In this document: piece by piece, positions 49,619 through 58,624 of the stretch
Numbering within the stretch: the first letter of the stretch is position 1
How the letters are laid out: each line of letters opens with the position of its first letter
From: an uncultured Planctomycetota bacterium
GTDB lineage: Bacteria > Planctomycetota > JAJSAM01 > JAKLKS01
Length of the DNA: 64,000 nt
Direction of reading: 5' to 3'
Assembly (NCBI GenBank): GCA_964607145.1
Contig: CAZSIX010000002.1
Span: 139,989-203,988 of the forward strand
The notes under the pieces: model-generated
Told to the model about the DNA's origin: nothing
Databases searched by the model: none
What the model saw: the letters and a program-made list of their open reading frames with translations, nothing else
Translations under genes and position numbers: made by a program

Positions 49619-50467
49619 ATGGCGAAGGGCAGGAAGGCGACGCCGTCCCGCTCGCGGTGGGACGTCCACCCGGCGGTCGGGATGGTGGGGAACTGGGTGC
49701 GCACGCTGAAGGAGAAGACCGGGCGCGACCTCGACGAGTGGGTGGCCCTCGTGGAGAAGGAGGGACCCGCCGGCGAGAAGGAGCGGCGCGACTGGCTGCG
49801 CAAGGAGCGGGGCCTCGCGATGAACTCGGCGTGGTGGATCGCGGAGAAGGCCTCCGGCGGCGGAACCTGGGACGAGGACCCGGACGCCTACCTGCGCAAC
49901 GCGGAACGCCACGCGACGGAACTGTTCTCGGGGGCCCGGGCCGGCTCTCGACCGCTGTTCGACGCGCTCGTGGAGCGGGGGCGGGCTCTCGGCGGGGACG
50001 TGAAGATCTGCCCATGCCAGACCATGGTGCCCTTCTACCGGAAGTTCGTGTTCGCCGAGGTCCGGCCCACCGCGGACGGCGTGGAACTGGGCCTGGCGCT
50101 GGGAAACCGGAAGCCCTCCGGCAGGCTCGAGCCGCTGGCGCGGATGGTGGGGAACCGGGTGCAGCACCGCGTCCTCCTCTCCTCGCTGGGGGACCTCGAC
50201 GCGGAAGTCGAGGGCTGGCTCCGGGAGGCGTACGAGCAGGGGGACCGCACGCAGGAGAAGAAGCTGGCGACGGCGGGCCCCCCGGCGGACCTCGAGGCGG
50301 CGCTCAAGCGGTCGAAGCCGGCGAAGGCGACCTGGGACTCCATGACGCCGCGCATGCAGTCCGACTGGATCCTCTTCATCGAGTCGGCGAAGAAGGCGGA
50401 GACCCGCGCGGCCCGCGTCGCTCGCGCGGAGGAGCGGCTGGCCGCGGGGAAGAAGACGACGTACTGA
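49619..50467 (+). CDS. DUF4287-like N-terminus / YdeI-OmdA-like C-terminal domain protein
   Basis: GGGAGGAGAGG RBS; C-terminus PAKATWDSMTPRMQSDWILFIESAKKAETRAARVARAEERLAAGKK typical of YdeI/OmpD-associated family. Confidence 0.7.
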   Translation: MAKGRKATPSRSRWDVHPAVGMVGNWVRTLKEKTGRDLDEWVALVEKEGPAGEKERRDWLRKERGLAMNSAWWIAEKASGGGTWDEDPDAYLRNAERHATELFSGARAGSRPLFDALVERGRALGGDVKICPCQTMVPFYRKFVFAEVRPTADGVELGLALGNRKPSGRLEPLARMVGNRVQHRVLLSSLGDLDAEVEGWLREAYEQGDRTQEKKLATAGPPADLEAALKRSKPAKATWDSMTPRMQSDWILFIESAKKAETRAARVARAEERLAAGKKTTY

Positions 50468-50475
50468 CCGGGCCG

Positions 50476-51621
50476 TCAACCGCGGCGGAGGATCTCCGCG
50501 GCGCGCACGAGGCTCTCCAGTTTGCGGCGCGCGCCGTCGGCGTCATTGACGGGCCTGTCGGCGAACGTCCCGAAGCCGCAGTCGGGGTTGAGCATCACGC
50601 GTCCGGGGCCGAGGATCTCCGCGGCGCGGCGGGCCCGCGCGGCCACCGCATGGGGGTCCTCGATCTCCTCCGTGCGCGGGTTGACGGCGCCGAGGCCGAG
50701 CATGGCCGCCGGCGGGAGCCCGGCGAGCACTTCCAGCGAGCCCGCGCGCGGTGTCGCGTACTCCAGCGCGAAGAAGCCCACGCGCATCCGGGCGAGCCAC
50801 GGGAGCAGCGGGTCGTAGTCGCCCTCCAGCAGCACCTCGTCCTTGCGGCTCCAGTTGCCGCGGCAGACGTGGATGCCGAAGCGGGTCCCCTGGATGCCCT
50901 CCACCACCCGGTTGAGAAGGTCCACGGCGAGGTCGAGTTCCCCCTCGGGACTGGCCTTGGCGGCCAGGGCGGCGCACATGAACGTGCGCGTGGCGGACTT
51001 CCCCGCGAACACGACCTCCGTAAGGACCGGCTCGTCGAACTGCACGAACTCCACGCCTTCCGCGGCCAGCGCCATGGCCTCCGCCCGGAGTAGGGCGACG
51101 ATGGCCTCGTTCAGCGCGGCCCGCGACGGGTAGGCCCCCTCGGACAGCCCCTTCACCCACGTGGATCGGGAGAGGAGGTAGGGGCCCGGCAGCGTCGCCT
51201 TGACGGGACGCTTCGTGTGGCGGCGGAGGAAGCGGACGTCGTCCAGGACGAGCGGGGCGCGGGCGCGGAGCGGGCCCGTCACGGTGGGGTTCTTGAGGGC
51301 GAACGCGGGCACGTCGAGGGCGGAGAGCATGGCCTCGAAGCCGGCCTTGTCCTCGACGAAGTCCAGGAGGTCCGCCATGGTCATCAGCCGGAGCCCCTCC
51401 ACCCGCTCGCACAGGAACGAGTAGAAGTTGTCCCGGCGCTGCTCGCCGTCGGTGACCACGTCGACGCCGGCGTCCTCCTGGTGGCGGAGGGAGAGCAGCA
51501 CCGCCTCGTCCCGCAGCGCCTCCAGATCGGGCGACCGGCGCCGCGTCGCCTCCAGCAGGGCCGGGGGGCGGGGCCAGGAGCCCACGGTCGTGACCGGGAA
51601 CGCGGGGAGCGGGTCGCTCAC
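50476..51621 (-). CDS. Short cobalamin-independent methionine-synthase-family (MetE C-terminal domain/UroD-like) methyltransferase
   Basis: GTG overlaps the upstream TGA (GTGA); VTTVGSWPRP..., zinc ligands GIHVCRGN and NPDCGFG; ~380 aa as in YxjG/YxjH-type proteins. Confidence 0.8.
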   Translation of the reverse strand: MSDPLPAFPVTTVGSWPRPPALLEATRRRSPDLEALRDEAVLLSLRHQEDAGVDVVTDGEQRRDNFYSFLCERVEGLRLMTMADLLDFVEDKAGFEAMLSALDVPAFALKNPTVTGPLRARAPLVLDDVRFLRRHTKRPVKATLPGPYLLSRSTWVKGLSEGAYPSRAALNEAIVALLRAEAMALAAEGVEFVQFDEPVLTEVVFAGKSATRTFMCAALAAKASPEGELDLAVDLLNRVVEGIQGTRFGIHVCRGNWSRKDEVLLEGDYDPLLPWLARMRVGFFALEYATPRAGSLEVLAGLPPAAMLGLGAVNPRTEEIEDPHAVAARARRAAEILGPGRVMLNPDCGFGTFADRPVNDADGARRKLESLVRAAEILRRG

Positions 51622-52364
51622 GGAACCTTCATCCCGATGCGGACCGCGGTCCCGTCCATCAGCGTCCGCGCCACGGGGGAGCGGCGCACCGTCTCCTCCC
51701 ACAGGGCGCGCAGCGCGTCCTCGTCCCCGTCGGCGTCCACCCACGCGGTCCCCTCGATGGCCTCCAGGGCCGGGGTTCCCTCGTCCTCCACCGCGAGGAA
51801 CACGAGCAGGTTCGACGACTTCGCCCGCAGGGACACCTCCACGTTCCGCACGGCGATGCCGCGCCGGGAGGCGCGCCACTGGAATCCGACGGCGAGGCAG
51901 CCTCCCAGGGACGCCAGCAGCAGTTCCACGGCGCTGGGAGCGGGGTCGGCGGTGTCCAGGGACGCCGGCTGGCCCACGGGGACGGCGTGGTTGCGCGCGA
52001 ACGCCCGCCCCTCCATGCCGCCGGTCCACCGGGTCCGGACGGACCAGGAGAACCCGCGCGCCGTCGCCAGGTCGGCGTCCAGCGACTCGTCCCTCGCCCC
52101 CGCCTTCCGCAGGAACCAGGACGTGCTGCCGCCGTCCCCGGGGCGCACCGCGTCGATCCCGTGCCCGACCATGCGGCACCAGGCGGGAAGATCCTCGCGC
52201 ACGCTCACTTCGCGGCTCCGGACCTCCAGCACGCCGCGGGGCGGGACGCGCCGCATGGCGTCCCGGATGATCAGAAGGAGTCCGCTGCCGCAGTCGAGGT
52301 CCCCGCCGTCGCAGACTCCGTCCGCGGCGGGTGCCGGGACGGCATCGGTTCCGCCGTCGGCCAT
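51618..52364 (-). CDS. TusA-like sulfurtransferase domain fused to an OsmC-like domain
   Basis: N-terminus DGGDLDCGSGLLLIIRDAMRRVPPRGVLEV (TusA-like); C-terminus ELLLASLGGCLAVGF...(OsmC/Ohr-like). Confidence 0.7.
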   Translation of the reverse strand: MADGGTDAVPAPAADGVCDGGDLDCGSGLLLIIRDAMRRVPPRGVLEVRSREVSVREDLPAWCRMVGHGIDAVRPGDGGSTSWFLRKAGARDESLDADLATARGFSWSVRTRWTGGMEGRAFARNHAVPVGQPASLDTADPAPSAVELLLASLGGCLAVGFQWRASRRGIAVRNVEVSLRAKSSNLLVFLAVEDEGTPALEAIEGTAWVDADGDEDALRALWEETVRRSPVARTLMDGTAVRIGMKVP

Positions 52365-52368
52365 TTCG

Positions 52369-52731
52369 CTAGTACGTCACGCAGGGCGATCCGCCGGAGA
52401 GGAACTCCACCAGTTTCGCGCCGCCCACGATGGCGGCCCCGTCCACCAGGCGGGCCTCGTCGAGCCCCCGCTTCTTGAAGCAGGGGGAGCAGACGAGGAT
52501 CTTCCCGCCGGCGCCGTGGAAGGACTTCATGAGGTCGCGCAGCGCGGCGAACCCCTCCTCGTGGACGTCGTCCGCGTAGCCCTTCTGGCACAGGCGCACG
52601 CCCTCGGTGCTGAGGAACACGATGGTCTCCTTCTCCGAGGCGGCGGCGGCGTTGGCGATGACGAAGGCGACCGTGGCGCGGTCCGTGTTGTCCTTCGCGC
52701 AGGTGAGGCTCACGCAGAATCGTCCGGCCAT
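52369..52731 (-). CDS. DsrE/DsrF-family sulfur-relay protein
   Basis: 120 aa; FVIANAA...ILVCSPCFKKRGL pattern of the DsrE/YchN family with conserved Cys. Confidence 0.75.
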   Translation of the reverse strand: MAGRFCVSLTCAKDNTDRATVAFVIANAAAASEKETIVFLSTEGVRLCQKGYADDVHEEGFAALRDLMKSFHGAGGKILVCSPCFKKRGLDEARLVDGAAIVGGAKLVEFLSGGSPCVTY

Positions 52732-52734
52732 GGG

Positions 52735-52989
52735 TCAATCCTCCTTCCGACGGATCCTGTAGACGGGGTGCCGCTCGTCGACGAGGGCGTGCCCCGTGAG
52801 CCCGCACCACGCGGGGATGTCCAGCACGGCGCCGGGGTCCGTCGCCGTCACGACGAGGACGTCACCGGGTCGCATCTCCGCGAGCCTCCCGCGGAGCGCC
52901 ATGACCAGATCGCCGCAGCCCAGGTCCCCGGCGTCGTAGGGAACCTCGGTGGACGCGGCCGGTCCGGCGGGGGTCTTCGCGGGGCTCAC
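52735..52989 (-). CDS. TusA-family sulfurtransferase-like small protein
   Basis: 84 aa; YDAGDLGCGDLVMALRGRLAEMRPGDVLVV (TusA fold, Cys in the CPxP position). Confidence 0.75.
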   Translation of the reverse strand: MSPAKTPAGPAASTEVPYDAGDLGCGDLVMALRGRLAEMRPGDVLVVTATDPGAVLDIPAWCGLTGHALVDERHPVYRIRRKED

Positions 52990-52999
52990 CCCGACGATG

Positions 53000-54112
53000 C
53001 TACCGCACCTCGCGGAAGGTGAGCGTGCGCGTCCAGGCGGAGCCCGGCAGTTCCTTCCCGTCGACCTCGATGTAGGCCTTCGGGTTGGCGTTCACGGGAC
53101 CGACCGCCTGCCCCGGAGGGATGACGAGGTCGCGGCCCCGGTTCCAGACGACCCGGCGCTCGTCCAGGTTGCCGAAGTAGTAGTCGACCATGGCGGGATC
53201 GCCCTTCGTGTAGCCCGCGGCGGTGGTCAGGCGGACCTTCTCGGCGTTCCCGTCGTTCAGCGTGAAGTCGCCCACGAAGATGTCGGCGATGGCGACGTCG
53301 TGGGGCACCCAGCCGAGGCCCGGGGCCCAGAACTCGGGCCAGCAGTGGTAGGACTGGTCCTTCTCCTTGCCGTCCAGTTCCGCCTTGAAGAACGAGCCGT
53401 AGACCATCCGCGTGGGGATGCCCTTCGCCCGCGCCATGGCCGTCCACAGCGAGTGGAAGTCGGTGCAGTTCCCGGTCCTGGACGTGAGGCAGTACTCCGA
53501 GGACCCCACGGGCGAGGCCTTCTTGTTGGCGGGGTCCTTGACCCAGTAGTCGACGTTCCCGAGGACCCAGTCGTAGATGCGCCGCGCCGCCTTCGCGGGG
53601 TTGGTCTCCGTGCCCACCGCCTCGTCCGCCACCTTCCGGACGGCGGCGTCCATCTTCACGTGGGCGTTCTCGCCGAGGTAGGCCGCCATGGTGGCCCGCT
53701 CCGCGTCCGTGAGGGGACGCGTGGCGGCGGGATCCACGCTCCGCCTCACCTCGCGACGCACGATCCGGAACCGCTCCACGACCTTGAAGGGCTTGACGTC
53801 GGCCCCCGCGAGTTCCACGTAGAGGTGGGAGTTCCCGAACTGGTCCATCACGACGCGGACCTCCCCGGGAACATCCGCCGTCAGGTCGCGAACGACCTGA
53901 TCGGGGTCGTCCTGGGGGAGCGCGAACCACGCGCGGACCGACTTCGCGCCCTCGGGCACCTTCACGTCGAAGGCGTGCGTGGCGTCGAACGTGGCGGTCT
54001 TCACGCCGGCGGCCCACGCGGCGGATCCCGGCTCGGGACCGGAGGGGCCCGCGCTGGCGCACCCGGCGACCGTCAGCGCGACAACGAGGGTTGCGGCGGG
54101 GACGCGGATCAT
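53000..54112 (-). CDS. Transglutaminase-like cysteine-protease lipoprotein
   Basis: MIRVPAATLVVALTVAGCASAG; core GNCTDFHSLWTAMARAKGIPTRMVYG...YHCWPEFW (Cys-His-Asp transglutaminase core); AGGAGG RBS. Confidence 0.85.
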   Translation of the reverse strand: MIRVPAATLVVALTVAGCASAGPSGPEPGSAAWAAGVKTATFDATHAFDVKVPEGAKSVRAWFALPQDDPDQVVRDLTADVPGEVRVVMDQFGNSHLYVELAGADVKPFKVVERFRIVRREVRRSVDPAATRPLTDAERATMAAYLGENAHVKMDAAVRKVADEAVGTETNPAKAARRIYDWVLGNVDYWVKDPANKKASPVGSSEYCLTSRTGNCTDFHSLWTAMARAKGIPTRMVYGSFFKAELDGKEKDQSYHCWPEFWAPGLGWVPHDVAIADIFVGDFTLNDGNAEKVRLTTAAGYTKGDPAMVDYYFGNLDERRVVWNRGRDLVIPPGQAVGPVNANPKAYIEVDGKELPGSAWTRTLTFREVR

Positions 54113-54222
54113 GGTCGACCTCCTGCGGGCGGGGCGAGGGACGGGGGAAAGGCGCGGGCCCCGCGGCGGAGACTCCGTCGGAGGAGGTTGCCTGCGGGGC
54201 CCGGCATACAGGGCTTGTGGGG

Positions 54223-55626
54223 CTAGAACTTGTAGGCGATGTAGGCCTGGACGCGGTTGTCCCGGCCGTTGCGCTGCGCGACCCAGTCCGTGAACCAGTA
54301 CATGTAGTCGATGCCGATCTCGACGGGGTCCAGGTTCAGGCGCGCACCGACGTAGTGGACGAGGTTGCGGCCGCGGCCGCCGGCGCCCACGTCCCCGTTG
54401 TCCACGTCGTCCTGGCTGCGCCCCACGTGGAGGGACCACGTGTCGGAGACCTTCCACCCCGCCTCCACCCACCCGCCCATGGTGTGGATCTCGTCCCCGG
54501 TGACGGTGTTGATGCCCTGGAAGATGCCGCCGCGGACGTCGTCCAGGTTCCGGCCGCAGAACCACTCCCCCTTGAAGGAGAAGGCGGATCCGATGGGCAC
54601 CATCCAGTCGAAGCCGACGGCGACGGAGTCGAAGTCATCGGTGGTCGCGATCTTCACGTCCGTGTGCTCCCACGCCCGGTGACCCCAGAGGCCGATCTCG
54701 GCGCTGTTCTTGCCGCCCATGGGGAACTTGAGCGCGGTGCGTGCCTGGAGGGTGGGCCGCGCGGAGGCCTCGCCGTCCCGGTATCCGTTCGCGTCGAGGT
54801 TCTGGTTGTCGTCGGCGCCGGTGAGGCCCGCCATGAAGCCCATCTTCACCTTCACGTCGCCGCCGAACTCGGCCTCCACCCGCGCCTGCGGGCGCCGATC
54901 GCCCAGGTTCCCCGCGCCCCACATCACGAGATCGGGGTTGGCGCTGGGGAAGAGGGGGGAGATCAGGTCCGCCGCCTGGCCGGCCAGGAGGGAGGCTCCA
55001 CCCCAGTCGAGCTTCACGTACGCGTGTCGCATGCGCAGGGCCGCGCGCGACTCGGACTGGCCCGTGAGGCCGCTGTTGTAGAAGTCGACCTCCATCTTGC
55101 CCGTGACCTTCGCGTCGTTCACCGCGGCGACCCGGCCCGCGTCGATGTCCACGCCGAACCGCGTGAGGCGGGGGTGGATGGTGAGCGACGTGGCGTTCTT
55201 CTTCGCCCCCGCGGGGGCCGTGGGGTCCTCGGAGCGGACCCAGCCCACGGTCTGCGTGTTGCTCGCACGCGAGTCGTCCCAGATGGCGTCGAGGCGGAGG
55301 AAGCCGTAGAACTTGAGCGTCGAGGAGCCCTTCACCGTCAGGTCCCGCGCCCGCAGGTAGCGGTCGAGTTCGCTGGCGATGGCGGAGTCCGCCGCCGGCG
55401 CGGCGCCGGAGCCCGATCGCGCCGCCCGGAGGTCCCCTTCGAGTTCGCGGATCCGCGCGTCCTGCTCGGCCATCCTGGCGCGCATCTCCTCCTGCGCCTT
55501 GCGGAGGGCCTCCAGTTCGCTGCGCGTGGCGGCTCCGTCCTCGACGGCGAAGGCCGGTCCCGCCGCCGCCAGCACCGCCATCACCGCCAACCCGCTCAGC
55601 CATCGCCGCGTCGTCGTCGAGGTCAT
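54223..55626 (-). CDS. Outer-membrane porin with N-terminal coiled coil (DcaP-like)
   Basis: Signal peptide; coiled coil ELEALRKAQEEMRARMAEQDARIRELEGDL; beta-barrel-like alternating pattern; C-terminal ...AYIAYKF. GGAGGA RBS; AT-rich upstream region. Confidence 0.7.
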   Translation of the reverse strand: MTSTTTRRWLSGLAVMAVLAAAGPAFAVEDGAATRSELEALRKAQEEMRARMAEQDARIRELEGDLRAARSGSGAAPAADSAIASELDRYLRARDLTVKGSSTLKFYGFLRLDAIWDDSRASNTQTVGWVRSEDPTAPAGAKKNATSLTIHPRLTRFGVDIDAGRVAAVNDAKVTGKMEVDFYNSGLTGQSESRAALRMRHAYVKLDWGGASLLAGQAADLISPLFPSANPDLVMWGAGNLGDRRPQARVEAEFGGDVKVKMGFMAGLTGADDNQNLDANGYRDGEASARPTLQARTALKFPMGGKNSAEIGLWGHRAWEHTDVKIATTDDFDSVAVGFDWMVPIGSAFSFKGEWFCGRNLDDVRGGIFQGINTVTGDEIHTMGGWVEAGWKVSDTWSLHVGRSQDDVDNGDVGAGGRGRNLVHYVGARLNLDPVEIGIDYMYWFTDWVAQRNGRDNRVQAYIAYKF

Positions 55627-55791
55627 GCCTGGATCCTCCGGTACCTGGGTTCCCCGCGGGAACGGCCGGGAAGCATTATCTGCTTGCCTTATCACTAAGA
55701 TGGAAAGAATCTCTGACAATCCCCCGCGCCGGGCTCCGACGGTCCGCACCGGGGTCCCGGCTACAATCCGACTTCGTTACGGAGGGGTGCC

Positions 55792-57552
55792 ATGCGAAGC
55801 GTCGCCATCGCCGCGGCCGCGCTGCTGTTGGGGGTGGCGGGACCGGCCCTGGCGGAGGGACTCGTGGAGACGAGCCCCGTCTCGGACCCCGCCGTCGGCT
55901 ACTCCATCCGGCCCCTCCGCGGTTGGGAGCCCCTGCCCCGCAAGAACCCCGGCGATCCCACCGCCGGGAGCGAGGTCGGCGGCTGGTACGGGAAGAAGGA
56001 GTGGCAGGGTTGCCGGCTGGAGATCCTCGCCTTCGGCTCGTTCTTCGACGAGGGGCGGGAGCGGGTGGACACCGTCGCCCCGACGCCGCCCCCCGGCGGC
56101 GATGAGGGGGGATCCGGCGAGGGGGAAGGCCCCCCGGAACCTCCGGCGGGGGGCGAGGAGGGCGGCGACGGCGGCGGCGAGGGCGACGGCGCCGGCGGAG
56201 GGCCGACCCCTCCCGGCGACGGGAGCGCCCCCGGGAAGCCGAAGGCCGGGCCGGCGACGGTGGAGGAACTGTTCGGTCCGCCGCCCGCCTCCTTCGAGGA
56301 GTGGCGCACGCGGGTGGCCGACCTCTACAAGCGCAATCGCATGCGCTTCGACCTGCAGGAGGTCAAGCGCCTCAAGTTCGGGAGCGACGAGGGGGTGCTC
56401 TGGGAGGGGCTGGCGAGCGTCTCGCCGGGCAGGAGCGATGTCGTGGCGCTGGCGGCGGCCAGCATCCGTCGGCGCAACTTCGAGGTCGTCGCCATCCTCT
56501 CCACGACGGACTCCCAGCCGCCCCGGGGCAACGGCAATCCGTTCGTGGTCTGCCTCCGATCGCTGCGCATCCTCTCCGACAGCGAGATGGAGCGCGCCCG
56601 CGATGCGCTGGCGAAGCGCACGACGGGGCTCGACGACGAGGGCGCCTGGGCGGAGCGGGTGAAGCGCAGCCTCCCCAAGGGGTGGAAGTACCGCGAGACG
56701 GCGAACTACATCATCGTCTACGACAAGTCCATCGACGCGGAGCCGCCCAAGGGGAACCCGAACCTGGTCCCGCGCATCCAGCGGCAGCTGGAGGGCATCC
56801 GGAAGAACGTGTACGAGGTCCTCTTCCCGCCGGACCGTCCCATCACGGTCAAGTCCGTGGTGAAGATCACGCAGGACCCCGAGCAGTACCGCGCCTACAA
56901 CGCCCCCGCGGGATCCGCCGGTTACTGGTCATGGCCCTCGCGGGAACTGGTGTTCTTCTACAGCGCATCCGACAACGACCTCACGCTGGACGTGCTCAAC
57001 CACGAGGCGTTCCACCAGTACATCTTCTACTCCGTCGGGCAGGTGGCGCCCCACTCGTGGTTCAACGAGGGGCACGGCGACTACTTCGCCGGCTTCACCG
57101 CGAAGGAGGGGAAGTTCCTCGAAGGGAAGTTCGATCGGCGTCACGACAAGATGAAGGCCGCCGTGGACGGGCGCATGTGGGTGCCGCTGGACAAGTTCCT
57201 GAAGTACTCCCAGGCCGAGTACTACCGCCGGGGAGGCAAGCCGAAGGAGGGCGGGGACGTACTCCAGAACTACGCCCAGGGCTGGTCCATCGTCTACTTC
57301 CTCCGCACGACGAAGGACCCGAAGTACGCGGGTGTCCTGGAGCGCTACTTCAACGCGCTCAAGGCCGAGGTCACCGCCTGGCGCAAGCAGGTGGAGGAGG
57401 AGGCGGCGAAGTCCGGCCTGCCGCCCCGCCGGGGGCTCCTCGTGCCCGAGGAGGTCAACGAGGCGGCCCGGGGCAAGGCCCTCGAGGCCGCGTTCAGCGG
57501 GATCGACCTCTCCGTCCTCGAGAAGGACTGGATCGACTCGAAGCCCTACTGA
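55792..57552 (+). CDS. Secreted protein with HExxH motif (putative zinc metallopeptidase, DUF1570-like) and Gly/Glu/Pro-rich linker
   Basis: Signal peptide MRSVAIAAAALLLGVAGPALA; low-complexity GGDEGGSGEGEGPPEPPAGGEEGGDGGGEGDG; LNHEAFHQYIF (HExxH). Confidence 0.7.
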   Translation: MRSVAIAAAALLLGVAGPALAEGLVETSPVSDPAVGYSIRPLRGWEPLPRKNPGDPTAGSEVGGWYGKKEWQGCRLEILAFGSFFDEGRERVDTVAPTPPPGGDEGGSGEGEGPPEPPAGGEEGGDGGGEGDGAGGGPTPPGDGSAPGKPKAGPATVEELFGPPPASFEEWRTRVADLYKRNRMRFDLQEVKRLKFGSDEGVLWEGLASVSPGRSDVVALAAASIRRRNFEVVAILSTTDSQPPRGNGNPFVVCLRSLRILSDSEMERARDALAKRTTGLDDEGAWAERVKRSLPKGWKYRETANYIIVYDKSIDAEPPKGNPNLVPRIQRQLEGIRKNVYEVLFPPDRPITVKSVVKITQDPEQYRAYNAPAGSAGYWSWPSRELVFFYSASDNDLTLDVLNHEAFHQYIFYSVGQVAPHSWFNEGHGDYFAGFTAKEGKFLEGKFDRRHDKMKAAVDGRMWVPLDKFLKYSQAEYYRRGGKPKEGGDVLQNYAQGWSIVYFLRTTKDPKYAGVLERYFNALKAEVTAWRKQVEEEAAKSGLPPRRGLLVPEEVNEAARGKALEAAFSGIDLSVLEKDWIDSKPY

Positions 57553-57581
57553 GGGTCCGCGCGTCGGCGGGCCCTCCCGCG

Positions 57582-57607
57582 AGGCTCCGGGCCAGCCCGG
57601 AGCCTCG
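57582..57607 (+). terminator. Perfect 11-bp GC-rich hairpin 30 nt after the stop of the HExxH protein gene (no U-tract)
   Basis: GAGGCTCCGGG-ccag-CCCGGAGCCTC. Confidence 0.4.
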
Positions 57608-57974
57608 GCGTCGACCACGGCGAGGCCGGGATTCGGACGGCGACGGTCGAAGGAGCGGGTTGCCCCGCGTGGCGGGCGCGCAGCGCACCCGACGCCTGCG
57701 CCGCCTGTACCCGCCGACGGCCGCGGGGCCGCCCGCCATCCCGACGTGCGACCCGACCGCGGGCGGTACCCTTCCTGCCCCGCCGGGCGTCGCCGGGAAC
57801 CGAGGTTGCGCCGGCGGGGTGCCCCTTCTGTCAGCGCTCTCGATCCAATCGCCGTTGGCGAACACCCGGATCCACGCACCCGCCCCCGCCGGACTCTTCG
57901 GGTCCCGGTCACCCCGGCGCAAGATGAACGTCGCGCGGGCCGGCCAGGGGCCAGGCCGCCGGAGGAGGCACACC

Positions 57975-58388
57975 ATGGCGGAAGCGGGCGTGGTGACGGT
58001 GCGGACCACGGCGGGCGAGGGGTACGCCTGCCGCGTGGATGCCGGGGGGCACGGGCTGCGTGCCGACGAGCCCGCGGCGGCGGGGGGGACGGACTCGGGG
58101 CCCACCCCCTCGGCTCTTCTGCTCTCGGCGCTGGGGGCCTGCACGGCCATCACCCTGCGGATGTACGCGGGGAGGAAGGGCTGGCCGCTGGAGGACGTCG
58201 AGGTGCGGCTCTCGCGCACGCCGGGCACCCCGGGCGACGGGGACGGCCGCGACCGCATCCACCGGTCGGTGCGGGTCACGGGATCCCTGGACGCGGAGCA
58301 GAGGGCCCGCCTCCTGGACATCGCCGGCAAGTGCCCCGTCCACCGCATGCTCACCGGCGGCATGGTGGTCGAGACCGTGGCGGGGTAG
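57975..58388 (+). CDS. OsmC/Ohr-family peroxiredoxin-like protein
   Basis: GGAGGAGG RBS; ...SALLLSALGACTAITLRMYA...LDIAGKCPVHRML (both conserved Cys). Confidence 0.85.
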   Translation: MAEAGVVTVRTTAGEGYACRVDAGGHGLRADEPAAAGGTDSGPTPSALLLSALGACTAITLRMYAGRKGWPLEDVEVRLSRTPGTPGDGDGRDRIHRSVRVTGSLDAEQRARLLDIAGKCPVHRMLTGGMVVETVAG

Positions 58389-58456
58389 CGCCGCCCATGG
58401 GCCGCGGGGTCCGGGAATCGAACGGGCCCGGCGGTGCCGGGCCCGTGGTCAGGTGC

Positions 58457-58531
58457 TGGTAGCGGGGGCCGGATTCGAACCGGCGGTCTCCAGGTTATGA
58501 GCCTGACGAGATACCACTTCTCCACCCCGCG
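58457..58531 (-). tRNA. tRNA-Met (anticodon CAT; elongator Met or tRNA-Ile2 if lysidinylated)
   Basis: Minus-strand cloverleaf: acceptor CGCGGGG/CCCCGCU, D-stem GAGA/UCUC, anticodon stem-loop UCAGG-CUCAUAA-CCUGG, T-arm GCCGG-UUCGAAU-CCGGC, encoded ACCA 3' end. Confidence 0.75.
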
Positions 58532-58624
58532 TCGGTGTTGGGGTCGGATGCTACGAGGGCGGCACCTCGGGTCCAAGTTTCCACGGGTGTCGGGCCCGCG
58601 GCCGTGGCCCGGTAGCATGCGGCC

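Noticed and set aside
58457-58531. Initiator tRNA-fMet assignment for the CAT tRNA
   Set aside because: Anticodon stem lacks the three consecutive G:C pairs of initiator tRNAs; classified as elongator Met or Ile2 instead. The apparent C1:U72 mismatch may reflect a misplaced acceptor boundary.
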